Source: Caecitellus pseudoparvulus
Lineage: Eukaryota; Protista; Bigyra: Bicosoecida
Reading direction: 5' to 3'
NCBI GenBank assembly: GCA_965644315.1
Contig: CBFFRQ010000068.1
Coordinates: 744,001 to 808,000, forward strand
Length of the DNA stretch: 64,000 bases
Shown: positions 24,447-34,347 of the stretch, one piece after another
Numbering within the stretch: position 1 is the first letter of the stretch
Layout: each line of letters begins with the position of its first letter
Translations under genes and position numbers: made by a program
The notes under the pieces: generated by a model
The model's database searches: none
The model's input: only the letters and a program-made list of their open reading frames with translations
What the model was told of the DNA's origin: nothing

Positions 24447-24830
24447 GGCGCACAGGGGCTCGCCCAAGCTCGTGCCACGCTCCCTAGGCGGGAGCTGACC
24501 CGCCGCTGAGCACGCGCTCTCGCATTGCAGCTGCCAGCTCCTCAGCCTTTTGGAGCACGGAGCCAATGCATTCAAGGCACACACTGCTGAGGTGCGCGCG
24601 CACGGGCCGGTTTAGGGGGGACTTGTTCACCCCCCGTCCATGACAAGCCTCCTTCCCCAAAGCGCGCCGATGCCTGGCACGGTCCAGCACTGCAGGGGGC
24701 AGGCCAAAACCCACACAAATGCACGGCCATGCGTCATGATGACTGGCGGCCTGTGCGCCACTGGTGCACATGGAGTGTGGGCTTGTGGGTGGCCGACTGC
24801 TTGCGGGCATACCCTGCGGTAATTGCTTGC

Positions 24831-26705
24831 ATGGCGTCTCCCTCTCCTGAAGAACAAGCAGACACGGAGGCAGCTGCGCAGTTCGTGGACATTGAAGGCA
24901 GCATAGTCCGAGCACTGCATGATGCGCTGGCTGGCAATGACGCTGCACGTCGCTGGATCGCGGGAAGCACAGTTGCCGTGAATGTGGCTGGCCCGCAGCC
25001 GAAGCAGGTGCTGGCTGCTGTGCGCCCGCCCACGCTGCTGCACGCGAGCTTGACGCACATCGTGCACACTTCCTCTCACGCGATGCGATCGTGCCCGGAG
25101 GACGCCGTTGACGGACTGACTGGGCCAGTAGACCTCTCTGCAGCACCCAGCACGGCAGTTGCTGATCTGGCTGCCTCCGTGCAGTCCACCGCACGCAGCA
25201 CTGTGGCACTCCTCGCTGCACTGCCCAGCTCCACGACGCTCTCCCTGCAGCCCATTGCCTCTGCCTGCCTTTGTGCTGCTGCTAGGGCCCCCAGCACTTC
25301 AGCGCTCAGCTCGCCGGCGGCGCAAGTTGCCCGAAACCAGGCAGCCTCTCTCCCCTGGCAGCGCCTGCAGCCTGCCCTGCTGCTGGCATCAGCGGCAGCG
25401 TTTCTTGCTGCTAGCCAGGAGGAACCCCAGGCAGTGTTGGAGATGCTGGGCTTAGTCCTGGCGAGCACCGCCGACTTGCGTGTCTTCCGGTGTGCTTTGC
25501 GTTTCGGCCTCGCGCTGGTGAGCGCCGACACGTGCGCCCTGCTGCGGGGAACCAGCCCACCAACCACTGACTCAACACCCAGCCACATGCTCCTAGACAT
25601 GACCCGGCGCCTGGCCCACAGCCAGCGCCTCAATCGAGCCGCTGCAGAGGCGCCTGGGAAGTCTCGCCAGCCCATTCGACTGGCTGGCCTGCGCCTGCCT
25701 GCTGCGGTCAAAACCTGCCTGGAGCTGCCTGGCCCAGAGCAGGCGTGGACAGCGCAGCTGGCGCTCAGGGGCCTCTGTCTGCAGCAGGGGTGGGCCTGGA
25801 CATACCGGGAGGCACTCAGTTCGCACGTGTGGCCGGCACTGACTGCAGCTGTGGGTGCCTTGCTCGCTCTGCCAGCAGGTGGGGCAGCAGAGGGTGATGA
25901 CACGTCAACCCTGCCGGGGACATGGGAGCAGTGTGCAGGGGGCCTCGTGAACCCCCACGTGTGGGCCGGTGCAATTTGGCCAGGGCAGACTCAGCCGCAC
26001 AGCTGTCGCCATGCGTGTCACATCCTCGACTGCGCCTTTGGCATCGTCAGAGACGCCATTGGTGCAGCCTGCACTGCCTCTGTTGCAGCTAGTGTGCTGC
26101 GTGGGGCCACCAACCTGCTGGCGCGGGTGGTGGGCACGCTGCGCTCAGCCGTGGCCACCCCCGTGCAGCCTACGGAAGCCTCGGCGCACCTGCCCGTCAG
26201 TGTGGCCAATCCCCTGGCACTGCCTCTCATGGAACCCATTGAAGACGTGCCGACATGCCCGCTGCCCCCCTTTGTCCTCCTGCGCATGGCCGTGGGCGTC
26301 GCAGAGGTGTGGCAGGCGTTCAAGCAGTCCAGCGTGGCGGCGCCGCTCGTGGCGCTGTCTCTCGGCCACCCTCTCAAGGAAGGAGCCCCCCGACCTTCCA
26401 GCGTGCGAGGTGTGACTGACTACGAGTGGGAGGCGTGCCGCAAGGCTTATGCCACCCTGCGCCAGAGTGTGTGGGGCGCCGTGGACTGGGCGGTGGCACT
26501 GCCTGGGCCGCTGCAGGTGCAGCTGCCGCCCTTGCTCTGCACCATTTCCTTGCCTCCCCCGCGGGGTGCCCAAGGCAAGGCCACAGATGCCCGCCCAGCC
26601 GCGGTCCAACCCCTTGTGCCTGGACCAGGCTCAGGCCGCCGCACTGGCGGCAGCAAGCGCAGAGCCGAGGGGAGCAGAGAGCAGCCGAAATCCAAAAAGC
26701 GATAG
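24831..26705 (+). CDS. Hypothetical alpha-helical protein with C-terminal basic NLS-like tail
   Basis: Long ORF in the expected slot, ending SKRR..KSKKR. Start codon uncertain (24729 or 24831). Confidence 0.65.
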   Translation: MASPSPEEQADTEAAAQFVDIEGSIVRALHDALAGNDAARRWIAGSTVAVNVAGPQPKQVLAAVRPPTLLHASLTHIVHTSSHAMRSCPEDAVDGLTGPVDLSAAPSTAVADLAASVQSTARSTVALLAALPSSTTLSLQPIASACLCAAARAPSTSALSSPAAQVARNQAASLPWQRLQPALLLASAAAFLAASQEEPQAVLEMLGLVLASTADLRVFRCALRFGLALVSADTCALLRGTSPPTTDSTPSHMLLDMTRRLAHSQRLNRAAAEAPGKSRQPIRLAGLRLPAAVKTCLELPGPEQAWTAQLALRGLCLQQGWAWTYREALSSHVWPALTAAVGALLALPAGGAAEGDDTSTLPGTWEQCAGGLVNPHVWAGAIWPGQTQPHSCRHACHILDCAFGIVRDAIGAACTASVAASVLRGATNLLARVVGTLRSAVATPVQPTEASAHLPVSVANPLALPLMEPIEDVPTCPLPPFVLLRMAVGVAEVWQAFKQSSVAAPLVALSLGHPLKEGAPRPSSVRGVTDYEWEACRKAYATLRQSVWGAVDWAVALPGPLQVQLPPLLCTISLPPPRGAQGKATDARPAAVQPLVPGPGSGRRTGGSKRRAEGSREQPKSKKR

Positions 26706-26750
26706 ACCACTACCCATCTCTCTGGAGACCCGCTCGGCGCCCTGACTACA

Positions 26751-28778
26751 ATGAAGAGCTCAGCAGGGCTTCTGGCGCTGTGTGCCGCTGGCCTGGTTGC
26801 AGGCAGCGCGGCAGCCCCGCTCGTGCATACCTCCAACGGATACGTGCAGGGCACGACAGACAACGGCGTGGATGTCTTCCACTCCATCCCCTTTGCTGCC
26901 CCGCCCACTGGCGATCGCCGCTTCCGGGCCCCCGCACCGGTCTCGTCCTGGAGCGGGACGAAGGTGCGTGCTTCCTCGCGCACCGCTGAAGCAGCCCAGG
27001 CGCAGGTCACCCGCCTTGCGCGTGTTTGAGCAGGATGTCGCTGGACTCCCGCCCATCTGCCCCCAGCTGAAGTTGGATGGAGACTTGGGCCTTTCTGAGG
27101 ACGAAGATTGCCTGTACCTAGTGCGTGGGTCGCGTTTGGCGTGGTGTGCGAGTATGTGCACTGCACCTGGCGCTGCGCCCTGCAGCACGTGTACGCGCCG
27201 GAAGGCGCAACAAATGGCGAGCCTTTGCCCGTCATGTTCTGGATCTTTGGTGGCGGCTGGGCGTTGGGGGATTCCTGGGAGTTCGGGTGGTACGACGGCG
27301 CCAACATGGCGCGCACCCGCAACGTCGTGGTTGTCGCAGCCAACTACCGAGTTGGCCCGTTCGGCTTCATGGCCCTGGACGAACTGCAAGCGGAGGACCC
27401 CAACAACAGCACCGGCAACATGGGTCTGCTGGACCAGCGGGCTGCCCTGCAGTGGACCCGGGACAACGTCGCCGCCTTTGGCGGGAACCCCGACAACGTG
27501 ACCATCTTCGGCGAGTCGGCGGGTGGCTTCTCCGTCTGCTGGCACCTGGCATCCCCTGGCTCTGCAGGCCTCTTCGCGGGCGCCATCATGGAAAGCGGCT
27601 CCTGTGACAGCCCCCAGTTTTTCCAGTCCCTGCCGTACGCCAAGGGCTTCGGGTACACGTGGGCCGCCGCGACGGGGTGCCCCGACCTGCACGGCGACGC
27701 GTTGCTGGCGTGCCTGCGCGGCCAGGACACACAATTCCTCATGAAGTCTGTCCTGGACTGGTTCAACCCCAATTGGCCCTTCACGTCCAAGTCCCAGGCG
27801 GGGGAGGACGCACGCCCGGACACCGCCGCCCACGCGTTAGCCCTTGTCGACGCCCTGGCAGCCAACATCACCCGCTCCGGCATCGCCAGGGCCCAGGCTG
27901 CAGGCAGGTCCCTGTCATCTGCCCAGCACCGCCGCCTGGCTGCCCAGGCGCGCTCTCTTGCGACATCTGCCGTGCTGCCTGCGCTGAGCCCCATCATGCC
28001 TTGGGGGGCTGCCGTGGACGGCACGCAGACAGCGTTGCCGGACGTCCCGCTCACCCTGTTCAAGGCGGGCACCTTCAACCGAGTGCCCACTATTTTCGGC
28101 ACCAACGCCAACGAGGGCTCCATCTTCGCACCACTGCTGCCCATTGTCGCCCACGGAGCCAAATTCCCCCCCGACACCGCCTCCCTCAAGCTGGCCATCA
28201 CCAAGCTCATGAACCCGTACAACGCCACCCAAGTGCAGCAGGTCATCCCCGCCATCCTGAGCAAGTACTCGGTTTCGAAGTACAATGGTGACGCCTGGGC
28301 CCAGACGTCTGCCATCCTGACCGACTACTTTTTCAGGTGCGGCGTGCGGCGCTCTGCTCGCGCCATCGTCAGCGCACCTCAGGCGCCCCCTCTGTGGCTG
28401 TACCTGTTCGACTACAAGATGGACTGGCTGGAGTACGGCCTGCTGGGGAACTACCACACCTCTGAGCTGAGCTTTGTGTGGGACAACCAGTGGCCCCCCC
28501 TCCTGCATGCCTTCTCAGAGGCGGACCAGGAGATGAGTGACGCCTTCACCGCGTACTGGACGTCCCTGGCCCGGAACGGCACGCCCAATGCCCCCTCTGC
28601 GCCCCTGACATGGCCCCAGTACGCATGGTCCCCCAACGCCACTGCGCTGCGGGGCGCGGCGCCTGACATGGACGTGAACTTGAACTTCCACTTGCCCCTG
28701 TCCACCTCAACTGGGCTGGACTCCTCTGCCTGTGACTTCTGGGATGCCATTGTGGCCAACCTGGACATCGCTGAGTGA
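26751..28778 (+). CDS. Secreted type-B carboxylesterase/lipase
   Basis: Signal peptide, IPFAAPPTGDRRFRAP, EDCLYL, WIFGGG, FGGNPDNVTIFGESAGG, NEG and YHTSEL; 2 introns. Confidence 0.95.
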
Positions 28779-28811
28779 ATGCATTGCGAGCTGTGACGTG
28801 GGGACGGGGAA

Positions 28812-30861
28812 TCACCGCTGCACGGAGTACACAAGGGACACCGCAAAGTCGCTGGTGACCTTGCTGTGCTTGGAGTCCTTGAACACGCCTTCCAGCTCCC
28901 GCTTAGGCAGCACCCAGAAACCAGGCGTGGAGGTGCCTGGCGCACCACGCTGCTGCGTGGGAAGGAAAGCCGAGTGGAACCAAGTCCAGCCGATGGTGTG
29001 TGGGGCACCGCCCTCCCCCTGGTGTCCCTGTATCACAAGCTTGTAGTCTCCGCTGTCCAGTTGCACCGAGCCCTGTGGACCCACACTCACACCTTGCCAC
29101 ACCCGTCCGTGTGCCACGGGTGCAAGCGGGCACTGCGGCGCCTCGTCGAGGCTGTCCAACGCCAGCGACTGCTTCGCCTGCAGCCCTGTCCCTGCAAAGG
29201 TTGCATCCACGGAAGTTGACGGGGCGTACACCATCAGTGCGCGTGGCATGGGGGCGTGGCGAAACACTGACGCCTCTCCAGCCTGCATGCCAGGCGAGTG
29301 CCCACCCAGCGGCATGGGCTGCAGGTCCAACACCGGCTGAGGCTGCAAGTCAGCGCCCACACGGAACAGGTGCAGGCTGATGTGAGACAGGGACCGGTGA
29401 GCACCCTCCACCACAACAGCACTGAGCGACACCGTCACAGTCGGCGCGAGCGTGGTAATGTCTCGCGCAGTCCATGGCCCGATGCTCGCCGGCTCCGCGC
29501 TGGCTTCGGCGTGCTCTGTCTCGTCCTCATCGCCACCCTCGCCACTGGCCTGGGGGGGCAGCAGGGTTGCGTGTGTGTCTTGGGCCTCTGCCGCTCCTGG
29601 CTCCGAGGCTGCCACAGGTGTGGCGGGGTCCACTGGTGAGGCAGAGGCGGCAGTGCCCTCAGCCTCGTCAACCACAGAGTTCCCCTCGACTGCAGCCTTG
29701 CCTCGCTCCTCTTCTGTCTCGCTGGCCTCATCTCCACTTTCAGCAGCAGCGGCAGCAGCAGCAGCCGCGCCCAGTGGCTCTGTGGCGTCTCCCTCAGACT
29801 CATCGGCGTCACCCCCACCCAACACAGCACCCCCTTCCACCACAGAGGCACCTTTTCCATCTTCTGCCGCTTCAGTTGTCGAAGGAGTGGCTCGCTCGCC
29901 ATCCAGGCTGGCCTTGCCCTCCCCAGCCCCTGCCTCATCCACTCCCTGCACGCCCCACTGCCGCACAGCAGCCAGCTGCAGGGCATAGTACATGACGTAC
30001 CTGCGCTGGGAAGGCAGCGTGACACCCTTGCCATTCAAGGTGCGGCGAGCCCCAAAGAGCTGCATGGCCGCCTGGGGCGTGGAGCTGATGCCCACGTGCA
30101 TGAGCAGGCAGCTGAGAAGCGTGCCAGTGCGGCCTTTGCCGGCTTTGCAGTGCACCCCCACGACGTTGTCGGGGCGCTCGTCCAGCCACGCCGCCATGTC
30201 ACCACATGCCTGAATAATCTGCACGCACACGCGGGGGGGGGGGGGCGCATGGCAAGGCTTGAAGGGCAAGCACGGTGTACGAGATTCACTAACGAGATCA
30301 AAGGGCGGGGCCTGGTGGTCCATCCACTGGTATGTTGCCAGCCGATCATGGAAGAGGGTGGGACTGTACTGTCGATCAGGCTCCGCACACAAGTTGTACA
30401 CGCGATAGCTGCCTGGATGCCGCTCCTCCAGGAACTGCAGCTGCGTTTCGTACGGGTTTCGCCAGCACGCCTCGACACCTTGGGTTGGGAACCCAAACGC
30501 CAAGATGCGGTCGGTGATGTACGACAGGTCCAGATCGTAGCCATCATCAACGAACCTGCGCTTCTTCAGGCTCACACAACTGCGAGCCAAGGCACAGCAA
30601 CACACGCATCCGCTCTTGTTGCTGCCGCCAGTGTTGGTTGGTGCGAGAGCTGCAGGGGCTGTCTGGCTCGGCGCCTTGATGTGCGCGGGGAGCTGCAAAG
30701 AGGGGCAGAGGGGTAGCATGCATGCACCCAGATACCCTGTTAAGGGACAAGTGCATAGCACACACAGCTTCAGGCGCGCCGGGGGCTGGCTCTGGCGCTG
30801 GGGGCGGCGCGGCAACCTGAGGCGTGCTGCTCGCCGCAGCGACTTTCGCTTCGCCTGCCAT
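28812..30861 (-). CDS. PTEN: PTEN-like phosphoinositide phosphatase with acidic insert and C2 domain
   Basis: VSLKKRRF..DLDLSYITDRI, YNLCAE, DHQAPP, HCKAGKGRTG, GVTLPSQRRYV and a C-terminal WFHSAF..KRELE C2 end. 2 introns, the second in-frame within the ORF-track ORF. Confidence 0.92.
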
Positions 30862-30990
30862 CTTGCAGCGCACAGCGGCACCGTCTGGTGAGGAGCTGCG
30901 GACCGCAGGTAGAGCACGCGTCCTGTAGGGGTTTCTCGCTGCGGCGTTGTGAATTTACACGCCATGCACACACTGCGGCGTCCGCCACCC

Positions 30991-32205
30991 TCACCGCCGG
31001 CCGGCTGCAACTGGATGTGGCATGACCTGGTACGCCGACGTCGCGAGGGGATTCCCCATACTGGTGGCGTTGCTCTGCAGGCCCCCGCCACCGCCGCCGC
31101 CACCGCCAACCATGACACCTCCGCGAGCCCCTGATCTGGACGACCCGCGCGCCCCAGCTCGCGAGCCCGTGCGACCGGCTGCGCCCCCCGCAGGGTGTGG
31201 CATGACCTGGTACGCAGACGTCGCGAGTGGGTTCCCCATGCTGGTGGCGTTACTGTGCAGGCCGCCACCGCCACCGCCGCCGCCACCACCCACGACTGCC
31301 CCCCCGCCACCCCCTCCACGGGACATGGGTCTGCTCATCGTCTCGCGGAAGCGGGCAGGGGATGTTGGTGCTCCACGGGACACGGGTCGCGTGCTGCCGG
31401 ACGTTGCCCGCCCCGCCCGCGAGGAGGGTCGACCAGCACCACGCGATGCGGCAGGAGACGCGCCTCGGGAAGTGGGGCGTCCTCCTGTGTCCCGGAAGCG
31501 CGCAGGGGAGGCCCGTGGGGAGGCCCGCCGTGGGATGCCAGAGGAGGTGCTGGGGCGAGTCTGACCGGGCGGCGGCTTGGGCCGGTTCACCGTGACGGCG
31601 CACCGAGGGATGTGCCGCGCGGCGACATCCGGCGCAAACGTGCGACCACAGTGCGGACAGGGCGTCAAGCCGTCGTGCTGGTGAGGGTTGGGCATGAGGG
31701 GGCCCGTGTCCTCTCCTCGCGCTGCGGCGCGTGCTGCTTTCATGGCGGCCTGGAACTCCTCGTGCTTGCGGCGCCAGGCGGTGCTCTTGGCCGAGGAGGA
31801 GGCCGGTGCGCCAGATGTTTTGGGCCGGCTGGTGCGTGCGCGGCGCGCCGCTCGACGTGGCGCGCCGCTCGAGCCAGGCGTGCCAGGCGCCACACGAGCG
31901 CCAGCGCCTCGTCTGCTGAGAAACGCTGCCAAAGTGCCAGGCCGCCGAGTCAAGGATGCGGGGCGAGAGGAGCACTCCAGCATGTGCATGAGCAAGTCCA
32001 GAGCTGGTACGGTGCTCTTGCAGTACACACACTTGCGGCTGGAAGTCTTGAGCTTCTCCACACAGGGCTGCAGGGGTGTGCGGAAGGTGGTGATGCGACG
32101 ACGCCGGCAGGTTCCCAAGCGAGGCGCCCGACTCACCAGCAAGTGTGCTTTGCCTTGCCCCGCAGGAACTGCTTCACCGCATGCACTGCATTGCGTCTGC
32201 TCCAT
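30991..32205 (-). CDS. C2HC zinc-finger protein (ZC2HC1-like) with repetitive C-terminus
   Basis: Three CxxC..H..C fingers (CSAC..HLLPC after removing an in-frame intron, CVYC..HMLEC, CPHC..HIPRC) plus WRRKHEEFQAAMKAAR. Confidence 0.8.
   Translation of the reverse strand: MEQTQCSACGEAVPAGQGKAHLLVSRAPRLGTCRRRRITTFRTPLQPCVEKLKTSSRKCVYCKSTVPALDLLMHMLECSSRPASLTRRPGTLAAFLSRRGAGARVAPGTPGSSGAPRRAARRARTSRPKTSGAPASSSAKSTAWRRKHEEFQAAMKAARAAARGEDTGPLMPNPHQHDGLTPCPHCGRTFAPDVAARHIPRCAVTVNRPKPPPGQTRPSTSSGIPRRASPRASPARFRDTGGRPTSRGASPAASRGAGRPSSRAGRATSGSTRPVSRGAPTSPARFRETMSRPMSRGGGGGGAVVGGGGGGGGGGLHSNATSMGNPLATSAYQVMPHPAGGAAGRTGSRAGARGSSRSGARGGVMVGGGGGGGGGLQSNATSMGNPLATSAYQVMPHPVAAGRR
31016..31292. repeat. 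Intragenic direct repeat, ~95-nt unit at a 180-nt period
   Basis: 31016-31112 versus 31196-31292, both starting TGTGGCATGACCTGGTACGC. Encodes G-run+LxSNATSMGNPLATSAYQVMPHP twice. Confidence 0.9.
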
Positions 32206-32400
32206 GGTCCACTTCCCTTGCAAGGTGGCTTCCTGGGCGTGTTGCAGCGGTAGCCCGTGCGGGGACGTGGGCTGACTGGCGAGGAAGGGGGTAGGCACGG
32301 CAGCAGCTCGCAGGGGACGGCTTCACATGCGCAGAGTAGCAACTTGCAGCAACACACGGGGTCTTGTGCACGGAAAGTGCTTGCCGTCCTGCGCTGCAGC

Positions 32401-34146
32401 TCACTTGGGCGAGGGGGCGTCGTGTTGGTCCAACATGTCCAGCACCTGCTGCGCCAGCAGCCCAGGCACCTGCAGCGGCAAGCTGTAAACCTGGCCATCT
32501 TCAGGCTGCAGCAGCACTGGTGTAACAGCACTGCCCTGCAGCATCTGCACGCGGTCCAGCATGCGGCCCACCAACGGCTGGTCTGACACAGAGGCCAGCC
32601 CGAGCGCCGCAGCCACGCGCCCCACCGTGTCGTTCACCGGGTCCACCAAGCGGAAGAAGAGGCCCTCGTGAGCCTCCTCCGCGCTGCGCCCGGCATCCTG
32701 CCGCTCCTTGGCCACCTTGGCGACGTGGCCACGGGCTGCTGCCAGCCTCGCGCCGTAGCTGGCATCCGCTGGGGGCAGTGCGCTGAGTGCCTCCCAGGCA
32801 CCCGGCGCTGCGAACTTGGACAAGACGAGGGCCCCCGCGATGCCCTTGGCAGCGACAGCTGTGGCCACCTCTGGCATAAGGGAGGTCGGCAGGGCGTCTG
32901 GATGGGGCAGGACGGCCTTCACAGGCAGGTCTCCCCCCGCCGCTGCTGCCAGCTCCAGGAGCATGTCCTCCTCCTCCCCCGACACGAGGGGGGAGGCAGC
33001 ACGCAGGCGCTGCGCGGCGACGTTGCCGCGCGTGGCAGGGGAATCCTCCCCCCGCACGCCGAACAGCGACCGAACTGTCAGGAAGGTCTTGGCGATGGGG
33101 GACTCGGGCACCTGCTCAGCAATTGCCAGTGCCTGGGGGTGCTCCGGCGCCGCCGCCAGCTGGCGCAGGGCGTCGGAGGAGTGCAGGGACCTTGACGCGG
33201 TGACGGCGCTGGTGTACGGCGCCTCCGTCACAGTCTCGTGCTTCCACATGCAGTGCACTGCGACAGTGCCCCGCACGTGCACTGCCTCACGAGGCTGGGC
33301 CGTCCGCAGCGCCTGCCACAGCAGTGCCCCCCACACCTCTGCCCCCGACGCAGCCACCACAACTTGGCCCTGCACAGCGCACTGCTGCACGACGGCATCG
33401 ATGTCCGCAGCTCGCAGTGTCGCAGGCCTGTGTGTCAGGCGGCTGTGGGCCGCGTGCGGGTTGTGGAAGGCCAGCACACGCACCGTCGGCGCCAGGCAGG
33501 CGACAGTGCTGCCCCACACCGCGGCAGTGTCACCATCTCCCGCTGGCAGCAGGATCGTCGCAGCAGGACGACCTGTTGGGTGCGGGTGGGTATCCCACAC
33601 ACACAGCGTCCCCTTGCCGCCTGCCGCCACGTCTCGCTGCGCCGCCACCGCGGCCAGCGCTCGTTTCGAGCGACGCCGCAGCAGGCGCAGCTCCCGGGCA
33701 GCAAGGAGGACGCCCTCGGACTGACCCTGCCGTGCTTGCGGACCCGTCACGAAGTACGCACCCAGGAGGAAGCTGCCCAAGATGGCCCACCAGAACAAGC
33801 TGGTGTTGTAGGCAGTCGTGGCGGCAGGCTCCACGTAGTCCCCCACAGCACCTGGCACGTCACGTGGGCTGGGCGGTGCGGCACGGGAAGTGTGCTGCAC
33901 GTCCTTGGAAGAGACGCTGGCGATGACTTGCCCCACATCGCCCTGTCTGCGGCGCTGGGCCATCGCTTCTTTGAGGCTGCTCACCACAACAGCCGTGCGC
34001 TCAGCGCCAGTGGGACCGTGCCCGCCACCACCAGCCGCGGAGCTGCACGGCCGCCAAGATGGCAGTCGAGGCAGTGCGCCAGGAAGGCGGGCCGGGGATC
34101 GGGGGGAGCCCCGCCAGGCAGCGCGCAGGGTGGAGGCAGCCAGCAT
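32401..34146 (-). CDS. Putative mitochondrial membrane protein with degenerate alpha/beta-hydrolase-like region
   Basis: Arg/Ser-rich presequence and one TM (LFWWAILGSFLLGAYFV). ATILLPAGDGDTAAVW, VRVLAF, AADIDAVV and VVVAASG follow ABH topology. Confidence 0.55.
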   Translation of the reverse strand: MLAASTLRAAWRGSPRSPARLPGALPRLPSWRPCSSAAGGGGHGPTGAERTAVVVSSLKEAMAQRRRQGDVGQVIASVSSKDVQHTSRAAPPSPRDVPGAVGDYVEPAATTAYNTSLFWWAILGSFLLGAYFVTGPQARQGQSEGVLLAARELRLLRRRSKRALAAVAAQRDVAAGGKGTLCVWDTHPHPTGRPAATILLPAGDGDTAAVWGSTVACLAPTVRVLAFHNPHAAHSRLTHRPATLRAADIDAVVQQCAVQGQVVVAASGAEVWGALLWQALRTAQPREAVHVRGTVAVHCMWKHETVTEAPYTSAVTASRSLHSSDALRQLAAAPEHPQALAIAEQVPESPIAKTFLTVRSLFGVRGEDSPATRGNVAAQRLRAASPLVSGEEEDMLLELAAAAGGDLPVKAVLPHPDALPTSLMPEVATAVAAKGIAGALVLSKFAAPGAWEALSALPPADASYGARLAAARGHVAKVAKERQDAGRSAEEAHEGLFFRLVDPVNDTVGRVAAALGLASVSDQPLVGRMLDRVQMLQGSAVTPVLLQPEDGQVYSLPLQVPGLLAQQVLDMLDQHDAPSPK

Positions 34147-34318
34147 CCTCGCGTTTCGCTTGAAACACCCGGGCGGCAGGGGCCAGCAACAGAGCGCCCA
34201 CCTGTGGCACTTTTTCAGAGACTGTGAAGCCCTCCCTTCACTCCGTGCACCACCTGGGTCCTAGGCTTGCGCCTGCTGCACTCAGTTTGTGTTGCTTCGG
34301 AAGCAGTGTCCGCTGCTC

Positions 34319-34329
34319 CAACTTCCGCA
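34319..34329 (+). promoter_or_regulatory. CRAHTTCCGCA upstream motif (CAACTTCCGCA)
   Basis: Ends 19 nt before the NOP58 ATG at 34348. Confidence 0.6.
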
Positions 34330-34347
34330 CGCCACCACCCCACCACC

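Noticed and set aside
31016-31292. Direct repeat as CRISPR or LTR
   Set aside because: Only two copies, protein-coding, with synonymous divergence.
28812-31319. 835-aa ORF as a single PTEN protein
   Set aside because: Its 5' part is an alternate frame of the zinc-finger gene plus spacer and intron. The spliced model from ATG 30861 is more coherent.
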